Shown one piece after another: positions 9,617 through 18,089 of a stretch of 64,000 bases of DNA (its first letter is position 1; each line of letters begins with the position of its first letter). Source of the stretch: Armatimonadota bacterium (GTDB taxonomy: Bacteria > Armatimonadota > HRBIN16). A program made the translations under genes and the position numbers. The notes under the pieces are model-generated. The model had not been told where the DNA came from. It saw nothing but the letters and a program-made list of their open reading frames with translations, and searched no databases. Where the stretch lies: the NCBI GenBank assembly GCA_963677485.1, contig OY781964.1, positions 1,952,001-2,016,000 on the forward strand, read 5' to 3'.

Positions 9617-10351
9617 TTACCCTCCTACCAGTGTTCCGAGGTCTTCGCCCTGCAAAACCGCCTTAATCGCGCCGGCACGGCCGATATCAAACACCAGTAT
9701 TGGCATCTTGTTCTCCATGCACATAGCCATCGCGGTAAGGTCCATCACCTTTAATCGCTTAGCAATGGCTTCCTCGTAACTAATGGTATTGTACCTTTTT
9801 GCGTAAGGGTTTAACTTGGGGTCACTGTCGTATATTCCGTCTACATTCGTGGCTTTCAGAAACGCGTCGCACTTCAGCTCAAGTGCACGAAGTGAACTGG
9901 CGGTATCCGTGGTGAAGTAGGGGTTCCCGGTGCCTCCAGCCAGAATAACGACATTTCCATTTTCCAGTTGGCTGATCGCTCGCCGGCGTATGAATGGTTC
10001 GGCGACCTGCGTCATTGTGATGGCGGTCTGCACCCGGGTGGGTTGGCCCAACTGCTCGATGGAGTCCTGCAGAGCCATGGCGTTAATCACCGTGGCCAGC
10101 ATACCCATGTAGTCGCCTTGCGATCGGTCCATACCTTTACTAGCAGCCGTACCGCCGCGGATGATGTTGCCACCACCGATGACGATGGCCATCTCAGCGC
10201 CTGCTTTTACGGCTTCCACTACCTCGGCAGCGATTCGGCCGATCACATCGTAGTTCAGACCGACGTGCTGGTCTCCGGCGAAAGCTTCGCCGGAGAGTTT
10301 CAGCAACACGCGGCGCCAACGCAGATTAGGGGGTTGCGCGGCGTTATCCAT
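9617..10351 (-). CDS. pyrH: UMP kinase
   Basis: RVLLKLSGEA, GGGNIIRG, GTGNPYFTTD. Confidence 0.98.
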   Translation of the reverse strand: MDNAAQPPNLRWRRVLLKLSGEAFAGDQHVGLNYDVIGRIAAEVVEAVKAGAEMAIVIGGGNIIRGGTAASKGMDRSQGDYMGMLATVINAMALQDSIEQLGQPTRVQTAITMTQVAEPFIRRRAISQLENGNVVILAGGTGNPYFTTDTASSLRALELKCDAFLKATNVDGIYDSDPKLNPYAKRYNTISYEEAIAKRLKVMDLTAMAMCMENKMPILVFDIGRAGAIKAVLQGEDLGTLVGG

Positions 10352-10354
10352 GGT

Positions 10355-11236
10355 TTACTTGCTAACCTCACCCACGCGGTAACGGGCGTAGCGGCTGATT
10401 TTGATGCTGGTTCCCAGCGTCTTTGCCGCGGCCTCTATTACCTGGCGGATGGATTGCTTCTCATCGCGGATGTACTTGCTATCCAGCAGTGTGACCTGCT
10501 CGAAGAACTTGCCCATGCGGCCCGCAATGATCTTGGGAAGGGCGGCCTCGGGTTTGCCTTCGTTCAGAGCGCGGTGCTTCTGGATGTCCTGCTCGGCGGC
10601 AACCTCAGCGGGGTCCACTTCGTCGCGGTCCAGATATTTGGGCGACACGAAGGAGATGTGCATGCTGAGTTCGCGGGCCAACTGAGCCAGTTCCGGCTTC
10701 TTCAATGCTTCGGCGTCGCCTACCTGCAGCTCGGTGAGAACACCGATCTGTCCACCCTGGTGGATATAGGCATCAACGATGGCGTTTTCGGTGCCAGTGT
10801 AGCAAAGATACCGGCCAAGACCCATCTTTTCGCGGATCTTGATCACGAGGTTTTCCAGCTTGGCGCCGATGGTTTCATCACCAGTGGCCACGGCCAGAAG
10901 CTCTTCGTTGGCTCCGGTCAGCTTGTTGGCCAACACGGCGTTGACCATCTCATCGGCCAGCGCGAGGAAGTCCTCATTGCGTGCCACGAAGTCGGTCTCG
11001 CAGTTCAACTCCACCAATGCGGCGGTGTTGTTGCAGCAAGAGACAGCAGAGGTGATGATGCCCTGGGCAGCGGTTCGGTCATCGCGCTTGGTAGCGCTGG
11101 CCATACCACGCTCGCGCAGAAGCTTGCGAGCGGCATCCATATCTCCGTTGGTTTCAGCAAGGGCCTTCTTGCATTCCATCATGCCCACGCCGGTCTGCTC
11201 ACGCAGATCCTTAACCATAGAGGCAGTTATTTCCAT
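10355..11236 (-). CDS. tsf: Elongation factor Ts
   Basis: VKDLREQTGVGMMECKKAL, ELNCETDFVA; start moved to the ATG at 11236 behind a GGAGGA RBS. Confidence 0.98.
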   Translation of the reverse strand: MEITASMVKDLREQTGVGMMECKKALAETNGDMDAARKLLRERGMASATKRDDRTAAQGIITSAVSCCNNTAALVELNCETDFVARNEDFLALADEMVNAVLANKLTGANEELLAVATGDETIGAKLENLVIKIREKMGLGRYLCYTGTENAIVDAYIHQGGQIGVLTELQVGDAEALKKPELAQLARELSMHISFVSPKYLDRDEVDPAEVAAEQDIQKHRALNEGKPEAALPKIIAGRMGKFFEQVTLLDSKYIRDEKQSIRQVIEAAAKTLGTSIKISRYARYRVGEVSK

Positions 11237-11313
11237 TGTAATTGAATTCCTCCTAGATGCGGTGCGCGGGGGCAAAAGCCCCCGCGAAAGAGAACAGATT
11301 GCGGCTGGTAAGC

Positions 11314-12201
11314 CTAGTTCTCTGGGGTATACAGGCTGCTGTATTCGTCTTTAGCTTCAGGCTTCACGAGTACATCAGTGACCTCAGGCTTGGCGACTTC
11401 CACATCGGGCGCGGCGGCGACTTCTTCCACCACTACGTCCACGTCAGGCTTTTCGTCAGCGTCAGCTTCTTCGGTAATGTGTGCTTCTTCTTCGTCATGA
11501 ACTTCAGCAGCATCCCATTCGGCTTGCTTCACTTCAATCACGGTGTCGGCAATGCGGTTGACCATCAGCTTGATGGCACGGATCGCATCGTCGTTACCGG
11601 GGATGATGTAGTCCACTTCGTCAGGATCGCAGTTCGTGTCTACGATAGCCACGATGGGGATACCAAGACGACGTGCCTCGAGAACAGCAATGTGCTCCTT
11701 CTTGAGGTCTACGATGAAGATTGCACAAGGCAGTCCGGGCATCTCTTTGATGCCGTTAAGTATGGATTCCAGTTTGGACAGCTCTTCGCGAAGCAGGGCT
11801 GCTTCCTTCTTGGTGAGTTTGTCCAGGGTGCCATCTTTGTCGAGCTTCTGCAGGTCGCGCAGACGCTTAATTCGGCTTTGGATGGTGCTCCAGTTGGTCA
11901 ACATACCGCCCAGCCAGCGCTTGTTCACGTAGTATTGGCGGCTGCGTTCTGCGGCCTCTTTTACTGCGTCCTGTGCCTGCTTTTTGGTTCCTACAAACAG
12001 CACGTGCCCGCCCTCTTGTACAAGCTGGTGGACTTGCTCTTGCGCGTCATCAAACATGCGAAGAGTTTTGTGAAGGTCGATGATGTAGATGCCGTTACGT
12101 GCGCCGAAGATGTACGGCTTCATTTTGGGGTTCCAACGGCGGGTATGGTGGCCGAAATGGACTCCTGCTTCGAGGAGTTCCTTCATAGTTACTGATGCCA
12201 A
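11314..12201 (-). CDS. rpsB: 30S ribosomal protein S2 with acidic C-terminal extension
   Basis: [33 protein letters not shown]; TTG start with AGGAGG RBS. Confidence 0.98.
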   Translation of the reverse strand: MASVTMKELLEAGVHFGHHTRRWNPKMKPYIFGARNGIYIIDLHKTLRMFDDAQEQVHQLVQEGGHVLFVGTKKQAQDAVKEAAERSRQYYVNKRWLGGMLTNWSTIQSRIKRLRDLQKLDKDGTLDKLTKKEAALLREELSKLESILNGIKEMPGLPCAIFIVDLKKEHIAVLEARRLGIPIVAIVDTNCDPDEVDYIIPGNDDAIRAIKLMVNRIADTVIEVKQAEWDAAEVHDEEEAHITEEADADEKPDVDVVVEEVAAAPDVEVAKPEVTDVLVKPEAKDEYSSLYTPEN

Positions 12202-12213
12202 GGGGGTCCCTCC

Positions 12214-12300
12214 TGGGGTTTGCCTCCCGCGCCATCAACCCGTTCCGAGATCCCTTGCGGACACCCCCGAAACAGTCCGGACGCGGTGCGTTGTGTATTT
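12214..12300 (-). ncRNA. rpsB 5' leader (S2 autoregulatory element, t44-like)
   Basis: Minus strand reads ACAC...GGGGGUG...GGAGGCAAACCCC, the hallmark motifs of the rpsB leader. Confidence 0.7.
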
Positions 12301-12319
12301 TTGGTGAAAACACCGATAC

Positions 12320-12328
12320 ATTGTACCA
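12320..12328 (-). promoter_or_regulatory. Extended -10 promoter of rpsB
   Basis: TGGTACAAT on the minus strand just upstream of the leader. Confidence 0.65.
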
Positions 12329-12346
12329 TAAGCGAAGAATGGGTCT

Positions 12347-12627
12347 ATCCACAGATGACACAGATGACACAGATTAGTCATGAACGCAGCTGCCCAATTG
12401 GCTATGTCCGGGGCGGTCTGGCGGTACGCTAACGGTGGCGGAAGGCCCAAGACCGCGCCGGTCTCTCTCCGAAGCAGGGGGCGATTGGTACGAAATTGTT
12501 AAGGATTCATTTCTTAACCACGAATAAACACCGATAGACACGAATGGACACAGATGAACGCGGATTGCCTGAACCACGGATAGCTAAGGACCGGTAGGAT
12601 GAGTAGGACGAGCAGGACAGATAGGAC
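12347..12627. repeat. Mosaic array C-E-D-B(partial)-I
   Basis: C 12347-12374, E 12386-12492, D 12516-12565, I 12594-12627; each module recurs elsewhere in the window. Confidence 0.9.
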
Positions 12628-12690
12628 GTGTCCCCTCCTGCTCTCCTATCTACTCCTCTCCTTAGGTACAATATCCGTGGGGGTATTGCC

Positions 12691-13602
12691 ATGAAAAACG
12701 CCATCCGCACGGAACGGCTCACACGCCATTACAAGCTGCCGAAAGGCCAGACCAAAACGGCCTTAACGAATCTGGATTTATGTGTGGCTGAAGGGGAAAT
12801 CTTCGGCTTCCTGGGTGCTAATGGGGCGGGCAAGACCACCACCATCAAGCTGCTGCTGGATTTCATCCGACCCACCTCCGGCCAGAGCTGGCTTCTGGAC
12901 ATCCCCTCTACGCAGCCTGAGGCCAGGGCCCGAATAGGCTACCTCCCGGAGCAGCCCTTCTTCCACCGGTTTCTGACCATCACAGAGCTGCTCACCGCGC
13001 ACGCGCAGCTAGCCGGTATCCCCGCCGGTCAGGTGAAAGCCGCCGTCAAGCGTGCCATCGCCGCCGTGGGGATGGAGGAGTACGCGCAAACGAGGCTATC
13101 CAAGCTGAGCAAAGGGCTGACGCAGATCGTGGCACTCGGCCAGGCGATTGTGGGTGAGCCGAAGCTGCTGCTTTTGGATGAGCCCTCCAGCGGTCTAGAC
13201 CCCATCAACCGCAGGCAGATGAGCCTAATCTTGAAGGCGCTTCGCGAGCAGGGCTGCACCATCTTCCTCAGTTCCCATCACCTGAGCGAGGTGGAGACAC
13301 TCTGCACGCAGGTGGCCATTCTGAAGCATGGCGAGCTGGTGGCGCAAGGCACCCCTGAAAGCCTGGCGCAGGGAGGCTCCATACTGACCATCACCACCAG
13401 CTTGCAGCCCGATCAGCAGCAGTCCCTCGAACAGATGCCTGATGTCCAATGCGTGACTAATGAAGGGCTGGTAGAGGTCAGCATCCCCCTGGAGCGGTTC
13501 TATGAGCTCACCACACGTCTTGCGGAGCTGAAGGCACCCGTTATTCAGGTCAATAGTGCCCGCGAGAGCCTGGAGCAGATATTCCTGAGGTACTCCCAAT
13601 GA
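12691..13602 (+). CDS. ABC transporter ATP-binding protein (PilH-like)
   Basis: GANGAGKTT Walker A, LSKG signature variant, LLLDEPSSGLDP, SSHHL; start trimmed to ATG 12691. Confidence 0.92.
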   Translation: MKNAIRTERLTRHYKLPKGQTKTALTNLDLCVAEGEIFGFLGANGAGKTTTIKLLLDFIRPTSGQSWLLDIPSTQPEARARIGYLPEQPFFHRFLTITELLTAHAQLAGIPAGQVKAAVKRAIAAVGMEEYAQTRLSKLSKGLTQIVALGQAIVGEPKLLLLDEPSSGLDPINRRQMSLILKALREQGCTIFLSSHHLSEVETLCTQVAILKHGELVAQGTPESLAQGGSILTITTSLQPDQQQSLEQMPDVQCVTNEGLVEVSIPLERFYELTTRLAELKAPVIQVNSARESLEQIFLRYSQ

Positions 13603-14366
13603 AATCCATCTTGATCATCAGCCGTCTGACCTTGCTGGAAAACGGCCGCAAGCAGGTTTTTCAGGCCTTGATGCTGCTTCTTCTGGTGGTAGTGGCCGCC
13701 TCCACATTGCTGTTTTTGTTCACCGACGGGGTTCGGATGCAGATGCTGAAGGATCTGTGCAGCACTAGCATCACCGTGGGCGGCTCACTGCTGGCGGTGG
13801 TTCTGTGCGCCAGCGGTATCCAAAGCGACATCGAGAACCGCACTATCACCCCCTTCCTGGCACGGCCCATGACCAAGCAGCAATACTTCCTGGGCAAGTT
13901 TACCGGCAACCTGCTGACTGTGGCAGTCGGTATGCTGGGCATGGTGGCGGTATTTGCCGTGCTGCTGGTGGTGCATGGCGTGATGCCGGATCGCTATTTC
14001 GCTCTGGCGGTGAGTTTCACCATGCTGCAGGTGGCGGTCATCGCGGCGTTCACCACCATGCTGGGCAGCTTCCTCAGCCCTGTTCTGGCGGGTATGCTGG
14101 GGATGCTGTTTATCATCGGCGGCAGTATGAAGGTCGGCGGGTTAGCGCACATGATCGAGAACAGCCCTTCTGCGGTCACTCGCATGGCTATGATGCCCAT
14201 CTACCATATTTTGCCGAATATGGGCGCGTTTAACTTCAAGACGATGCTGGTGCAGGGGGTCGGCGCGCCGGTGGGTTACTGCTCCTGGGTTCTTGCATAT
14301 GGTCTGCTATATATCGCCATCTGCCTGATGGTCGGCGGCTGGTGCATCAGCGCGAGGGACGTATGA
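13599..14366 (+). CDS. ABC-2 type permease (PilI-like)
   Basis: About 6 TM helices, DIENRTI..LARP..YFLGKF motif, ATGA overlap. Confidence 0.88.
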   Translation: MKSILIISRLTLLENGRKQVFQALMLLLLVVVAASTLLFLFTDGVRMQMLKDLCSTSITVGGSLLAVVLCASGIQSDIENRTITPFLARPMTKQQYFLGKFTGNLLTVAVGMLGMVAVFAVLLVVHGVMPDRYFALAVSFTMLQVAVIAAFTTMLGSFLSPVLAGMLGMLFIIGGSMKVGGLAHMIENSPSAVTRMAMMPIYHILPNMGAFNFKTMLVQGVGAPVGYCSWVLAYGLLYIAICLMVGGWCISARDV

Positions 14367-14557
14367 GACGGCTATCGGTAGTCATCACCCTCGGCCTGCT
14401 GTGGCTGGGCACAGGGGCATATGCGCATGAGGAGGAGCTCTATCGCGCCTGGCGTGACCCCGTAAACACGCGGGAGCTGAGCTTACAGACCGCGGGCATG
14501 GTGGTGCTGGTGCTGGGCATTCTAGCTTGGCGCGGATGGACGAGGCGCAGGCAATGA
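14363..14557 (+). CDS. Small membrane protein (signal peptide plus C-terminal TM)
   Basis: ATGA coupling at both ends; AYA-H cleavage-like site. Confidence 0.7.
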   Translation: MRRLSVVITLGLLWLGTGAYAHEEELYRAWRDPVNTRELSLQTAGMVVLVLGILAWRGWTRRRQ

Positions 14558-15087
14558 CTAAGCGTGTATGGCTATTGGTATTGGCGGTGGTCTTGATGGT
14601 CGCGTCTGAGCGTCAGATGGACGCGTTAAGGCCTCCAACCGAGCAGGGCGGCGCGGCTTATGTGCAGATGCTTGGTGAGTTTCGCGTGGTGGCGGCCAAC
14701 CTGCTGTGGGTGAAAGCAGACGAGTATAACCACGAGTATGAGGCACGTCACGCCACCCCTTTGGAGAACCGAGAGTTGATCGGTATGTGTCAGTTGATTA
14801 CCCAGTTGAATCCCCGTTTTGAGCAGGCCTATTTGGTGGGTTCTATGATCTACCGTAAAGGCGACAAAGACCCACGGAAGGCGAAGGATTACCTGCTGCT
14901 GGGATATAAATATCTGCCCTCCAGTTGGGAGATCCCGCGGGATCTGGCGCTGCTGGAAGGCATCGACTACAAGGATAAGCGGGCAGCCCTTCCCTATGCG
15001 CGCATGGCATACAAGAACGCCACAGATCCGTTTTACAAGGCCAACATGCTGCGGTTGGTTAAGGCCATCGAACAGCATATGAAGTGA
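14554..15087 (+). CDS. Membrane-anchored TPR-like protein (PilG-like)
   Basis: GEFRVVAANLLWVKADEY and ITQLNPRF motifs, helical repeats; ATGA coupling. Confidence 0.7.
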   Translation: MTKRVWLLVLAVVLMVASERQMDALRPPTEQGGAAYVQMLGEFRVVAANLLWVKADEYNHEYEARHATPLENRELIGMCQLITQLNPRFEQAYLVGSMIYRKGDKDPRKAKDYLLLGYKYLPSSWEIPRDLALLEGIDYKDKRAALPYARMAYKNATDPFYKANMLRLVKAIEQHMK

Positions 15088-15101
15088 ACAAGGTGCATGT
15101 T

Positions 15102-15402
15102 TCACGCGAAGACGCGAAGACGCGAAGGGTATAAATATCCACAGATTACACAGATGACGCAGAATATCAGAACCACGAATAAACACCGATAGACACGAAT
15201 GGACACAGATGAACGCGGATGGTAACCCCGTCGCAGCCTAATTGGCTATGTCCGGGGCGGGTGGCGATTGGCACGATGGGGTTATGGGATGTCACAAAAC
15301 CACGAATAAACATCGATAGACACGAATGGACACAGATGAACGCGGATGGACACGAATTCCGGGAACACAACGCAAGGACGCAAAGAGCAAAGGACGCAAA
15401 GG
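15102..15402 (+). repeat. Mosaic array F-C-D-E(truncated)-D-G
   Basis: F 15102-15129, C 15137-15163, D 15171-15220 and 15298-15347, G 15368-15402. Confidence 0.9.
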
Positions 15403-15438
15403 TTCGAAAGCCGGTCATCATTAAGGGAGGAAACCGTA

Positions 15439-15780
15439 ATGGGTAATAGTACGTGCCATCCTGACATGCTGCGCTTTTGGCAGCTCATGGCAGAGGGTTC
15501 CGCCGCGGGTCAGCAACTCGGCGGGTTATTGAAGTCCATCAGCGAACAGCTACCTGATGAGCCGATGGGTAATGCCGTCGCAGCCTTGGACCTTGATGTA
15601 GCAAGAGGCGTGATGTTGTCACAGGCGATGAAGAACCAACCGGCGATCTTCACCAAGGCTCACGTCTGCCTCGTTGAAGGCGGAGAGCTGGTCGGCAGGC
15701 TCGATCTACTGCTGTCTGTGATCGTTGAACTGACGCAGTCATGCCCGGCCTGTGGAGGTCTCAAGTTCCCTGAGGATTAA
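15439..15780 (+). CDS. Stand-alone type II secretion system F (GspF/PilC) cytoplasmic domain with C-terminal CxxC
   Basis: GGGAGG RBS; V.RG..LSQAM..P.IF...LVEGGE..GRLD motif; no TM helices. Confidence 0.75.
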   Translation: MGNSTCHPDMLRFWQLMAEGSAAGQQLGGLLKSISEQLPDEPMGNAVAALDLDVARGVMLSQAMKNQPAIFTKAHVCLVEGGELVGRLDLLLSVIVELTQSCPACGGLKFPED

Positions 15781-15794
15781 AGATTATTACGTCG

Positions 15795-15822
15795 GTAGGG
15801 GCACGGCGCGCCGTGCCCCTAC
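15795..15822. repeat. GTAG REP-like perfect palindrome between convergent genes
   Basis: GTAGGGGCACGGCGCGCCGTGCCCCTAC. Confidence 0.8.
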
Positions 15823-15836
15823 ACGCCGCGTTCCCC

Positions 15837-17099
15837 TCAGTCGAACTCCACCACCTGATGCGTCAAGCGCGCCTCTTCGGCGGCGAACGCCATGAGGTGG
15901 CTGTCCAGCGACATCTCAACCGGCGTCAGCACATCCTTGAAGTTGCCAGAACTAATGGCCTGCGTGAAGCCATCCATGATGGCGGTATCGCCCCCAAGGT
16001 GGGAGGTGTTGGCATCTGACGGGGTGATGGTCTGCGCACTGAGCGGTTGGAAACTCCAGGCGTGGATCGTGCCCACACTGGCGTCAAGCTGCAGCTCGCC
16101 GTTGGTCATGCTGATCTTGGTGATGCGCCGTTCGACCGCGTTATGCCCGGTCATCATGAAGGAGGCGGTGACACCGTTCTGGAACTCGAGGCTCACCGAC
16201 TGATGGTCAACCACATCGTTATCGCAATGATACACGCAGCGTCCAAACTGGTTAGTTTTCAGCAGCTCGATCAGCTCCTGCCTGGTTTCTGGCGAACCCA
16301 TCTGCCGGATGTAGGCGGGGTCAGGTTCTTCGCCGAGGTATATCTTCTGCGCCGAATAGGGGCAGACACCCTCTGCGGGGCAGCCATCAAGGCAGAATGG
16401 GGTTGCTCCCTCGGGTGCATTTTCAGGCCTAAAGTAGCTCAGTTTTCCGAATGAGGCCACTCGCGACGGACGGCTGCCGGCCAGCCAGCGCAGCAGGTCC
16501 ATATCGTGGCAGCTCTTCGCCAAAATCATGGGGGTGAGTTTCGATGAGTTGAAAAAGCCTCGGACAAACGAGTGCGCCATGTGGTGATACGACAGGTTCT
16601 CGCTGTGCTCAATCGAGACCACCTCGCCGTAGTCACCTGAAGCGACAAGGCTCATCAGGGTGCCGTATAGCGGGGTGTAGCGCATTTGGTGACAGACCAT
16701 GAACACCTTGTCGTAACCGGCGGCGGCACGGCAGATCAGCTCTGTATCGGCGCGGTTGGTGGCCAGCGGCTTTTCCACCAGAAGGTGGTAGCCGTGCTCC
16801 ATGGCCATCATCACCGGGTTCACACGCTCATTTTCCACTGTGGCGATGATGACCGCATCGACCTCACGGTGTGCGGCGTAGAACTCGCGGTAGTCGGAGT
16901 AGCGCTGGGCCTCAGGGATACCGTGCTCCACCCCGAAGGCGTTGCGTTTGGCCTCATTCGGCTCAATGACGGCCACAAACTGCACGCGGACGGGATGCTG
17001 CAGCGCATATCCGCCAAAAACGCCCCGGCCGCGGTTGCCAGCGCCGATCAATGCGATCCTTACCGGGTTCATGTATATGTTCTCCTGGGTGTTGTTCAT
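15837..17099 (-). CDS. Gfo/Idh/MocA family oxidoreductase
   Basis: GAGNRG, EKPLA, AHSFVRG, KSCHDMD; the start may be the downstream Met (MNPVRI). Confidence 0.92.
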   Translation of the reverse strand: MNNTQENIYMNPVRIALIGAGNRGRGVFGGYALQHPVRVQFVAVIEPNEAKRNAFGVEHGIPEAQRYSDYREFYAAHREVDAVIIATVENERVNPVMMAMEHGYHLLVEKPLATNRADTELICRAAAGYDKVFMVCHQMRYTPLYGTLMSLVASGDYGEVVSIEHSENLSYHHMAHSFVRGFFNSSKLTPMILAKSCHDMDLLRWLAGSRPSRVASFGKLSYFRPENAPEGATPFCLDGCPAEGVCPYSAQKIYLGEEPDPAYIRQMGSPETRQELIELLKTNQFGRCVYHCDNDVVDHQSVSLEFQNGVTASFMMTGHNAVERRITKISMTNGELQLDASVGTIHAWSFQPLSAQTITPSDANTSHLGGDTAIMDGFTQAISSGNFKDVLTPVEMSLDSHLMAFAAEEARLTHQVVEFD

Positions 17100-17156
17100 C
17101 TTCGCCGTCCAGTTTGTATTCTTGATCTATGGGTGTTGGGATGTCAAGTGGGAATG

Positions 17157-17980
17157 GCGCGAAGGGTACGGAGCACAACGCAAGGACGCAAAGGGTACGG
17201 GGATGTAACCTAACCACGAATAAACACCGATGGACACGAATGGACACAGATGGACGCGGATTGGCGTGAGCACACCGCAGCCCAATTGGCCATGTCCGGG
17301 GCGGTCTGACGGTACGCTAGCGGTGGCGGATGGCCTAAGACCGCGCCGGTCTTTCCCCAGGGCGGGCGGCGGTTGGCACGAAGGATTCAGGGATTCTTTA
17401 TTTAACCACGAATGGACACAAATAGACACGAATACGGGGAACTCAACGCAATGGCGCAGAGGGGCAAAGGACGCATAGGGTACGGGGATGTAACCTAACC
17501 ACGAATAAACACCGATAGACACGAATGGACACAGATGAACGCGGATTGTCGTGAGCACACCACAGCCCAAATGCCAATGTCCGGGGCGGTCTGACGGTAC
17601 GCTAGCGAGGGCAGATGGCTCAAGACCGCGCCGGTCTTTCTCCAAGGCGGGCGGCGATTGGCACGAAGGGAAAAACCATCCACAGGATACACAGATTACA
17701 CAGATTGCCTGAACCACGAATAAACACCGATAGACACGAATGGACACAGATGAACGCGGATGCGAGAATTCGCCGCAGCCCAATTGGCAATGTCCGGGGC
17801 GGTCTGACGGTACGCTAGCAGTGGCAGATGGCCCAAGACCGCGCCGGTCTTTCTCCAGGGCGGGAGGCGATTGGCATGAATGAAAAAACCATCCACAGAT
17901 TACACAGATTACGCAGATGAGGTTACGTCGCCTCTCCATCCGTGTCATCCCATAAATCCGTGTAATCCGTGGTTCAGACA
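17157..17980. repeat. Largest mosaic array: G-D-E-D'-G-D-E-C-D-E-C, closed by an inverted B
   Basis: D 17212-17261, 17497-17546, 17712-17761; E 17277-17380, 17563-17665, 17775-17878; C 17678-17705, 17891-17918; G 17176-17194, 17444-17479; B(-) 17938-17980. Confidence 0.95.
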
Positions 17981-18089
17981 AATACCACCGTCTTTCTGGC
18001 AATCCCCTCTCTGTCATCCATCCAAGCTATCACAGCGTTTTTATGCCATAGTGTATGTAGAAATCCACCGCGCGGAGGTTTACCGCACT

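Noticed and set aside
9968-12195. Long + strand ORFs opposite tsf/rpsB (also 21779..23341, 26699..27844, 27929..28906, 55556..56542)
   Set aside because: Antisense shadows of well-supported genes in GC-rich DNA
12345-12355. DnaA boxes within module C (.TATCCACA)
   Set aside because: One-mismatch similarity in only some copies; explained by the module anchor
17212-17761. CRISPR array (three near-identical 50-bp D repeats)
   Set aside because: Spacing is irregular (285 and 215 nt), the intervening sequences are other repeats rather than unique spacers, and no cas genes are present
17127-18017. 296-aa ORF and similar ORFs with ICVICVICG, IRVHLCPFVSIG or PRITRI peptides (e.g. 458..790, 15167..15421, 29049..29420, 43574..44041)
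   Set aside because: They are translations of the repeat modules, with no RBS or domain; the same effect artificially extends the GH2, serS, GspF and ABC ORFs at their 5' ends
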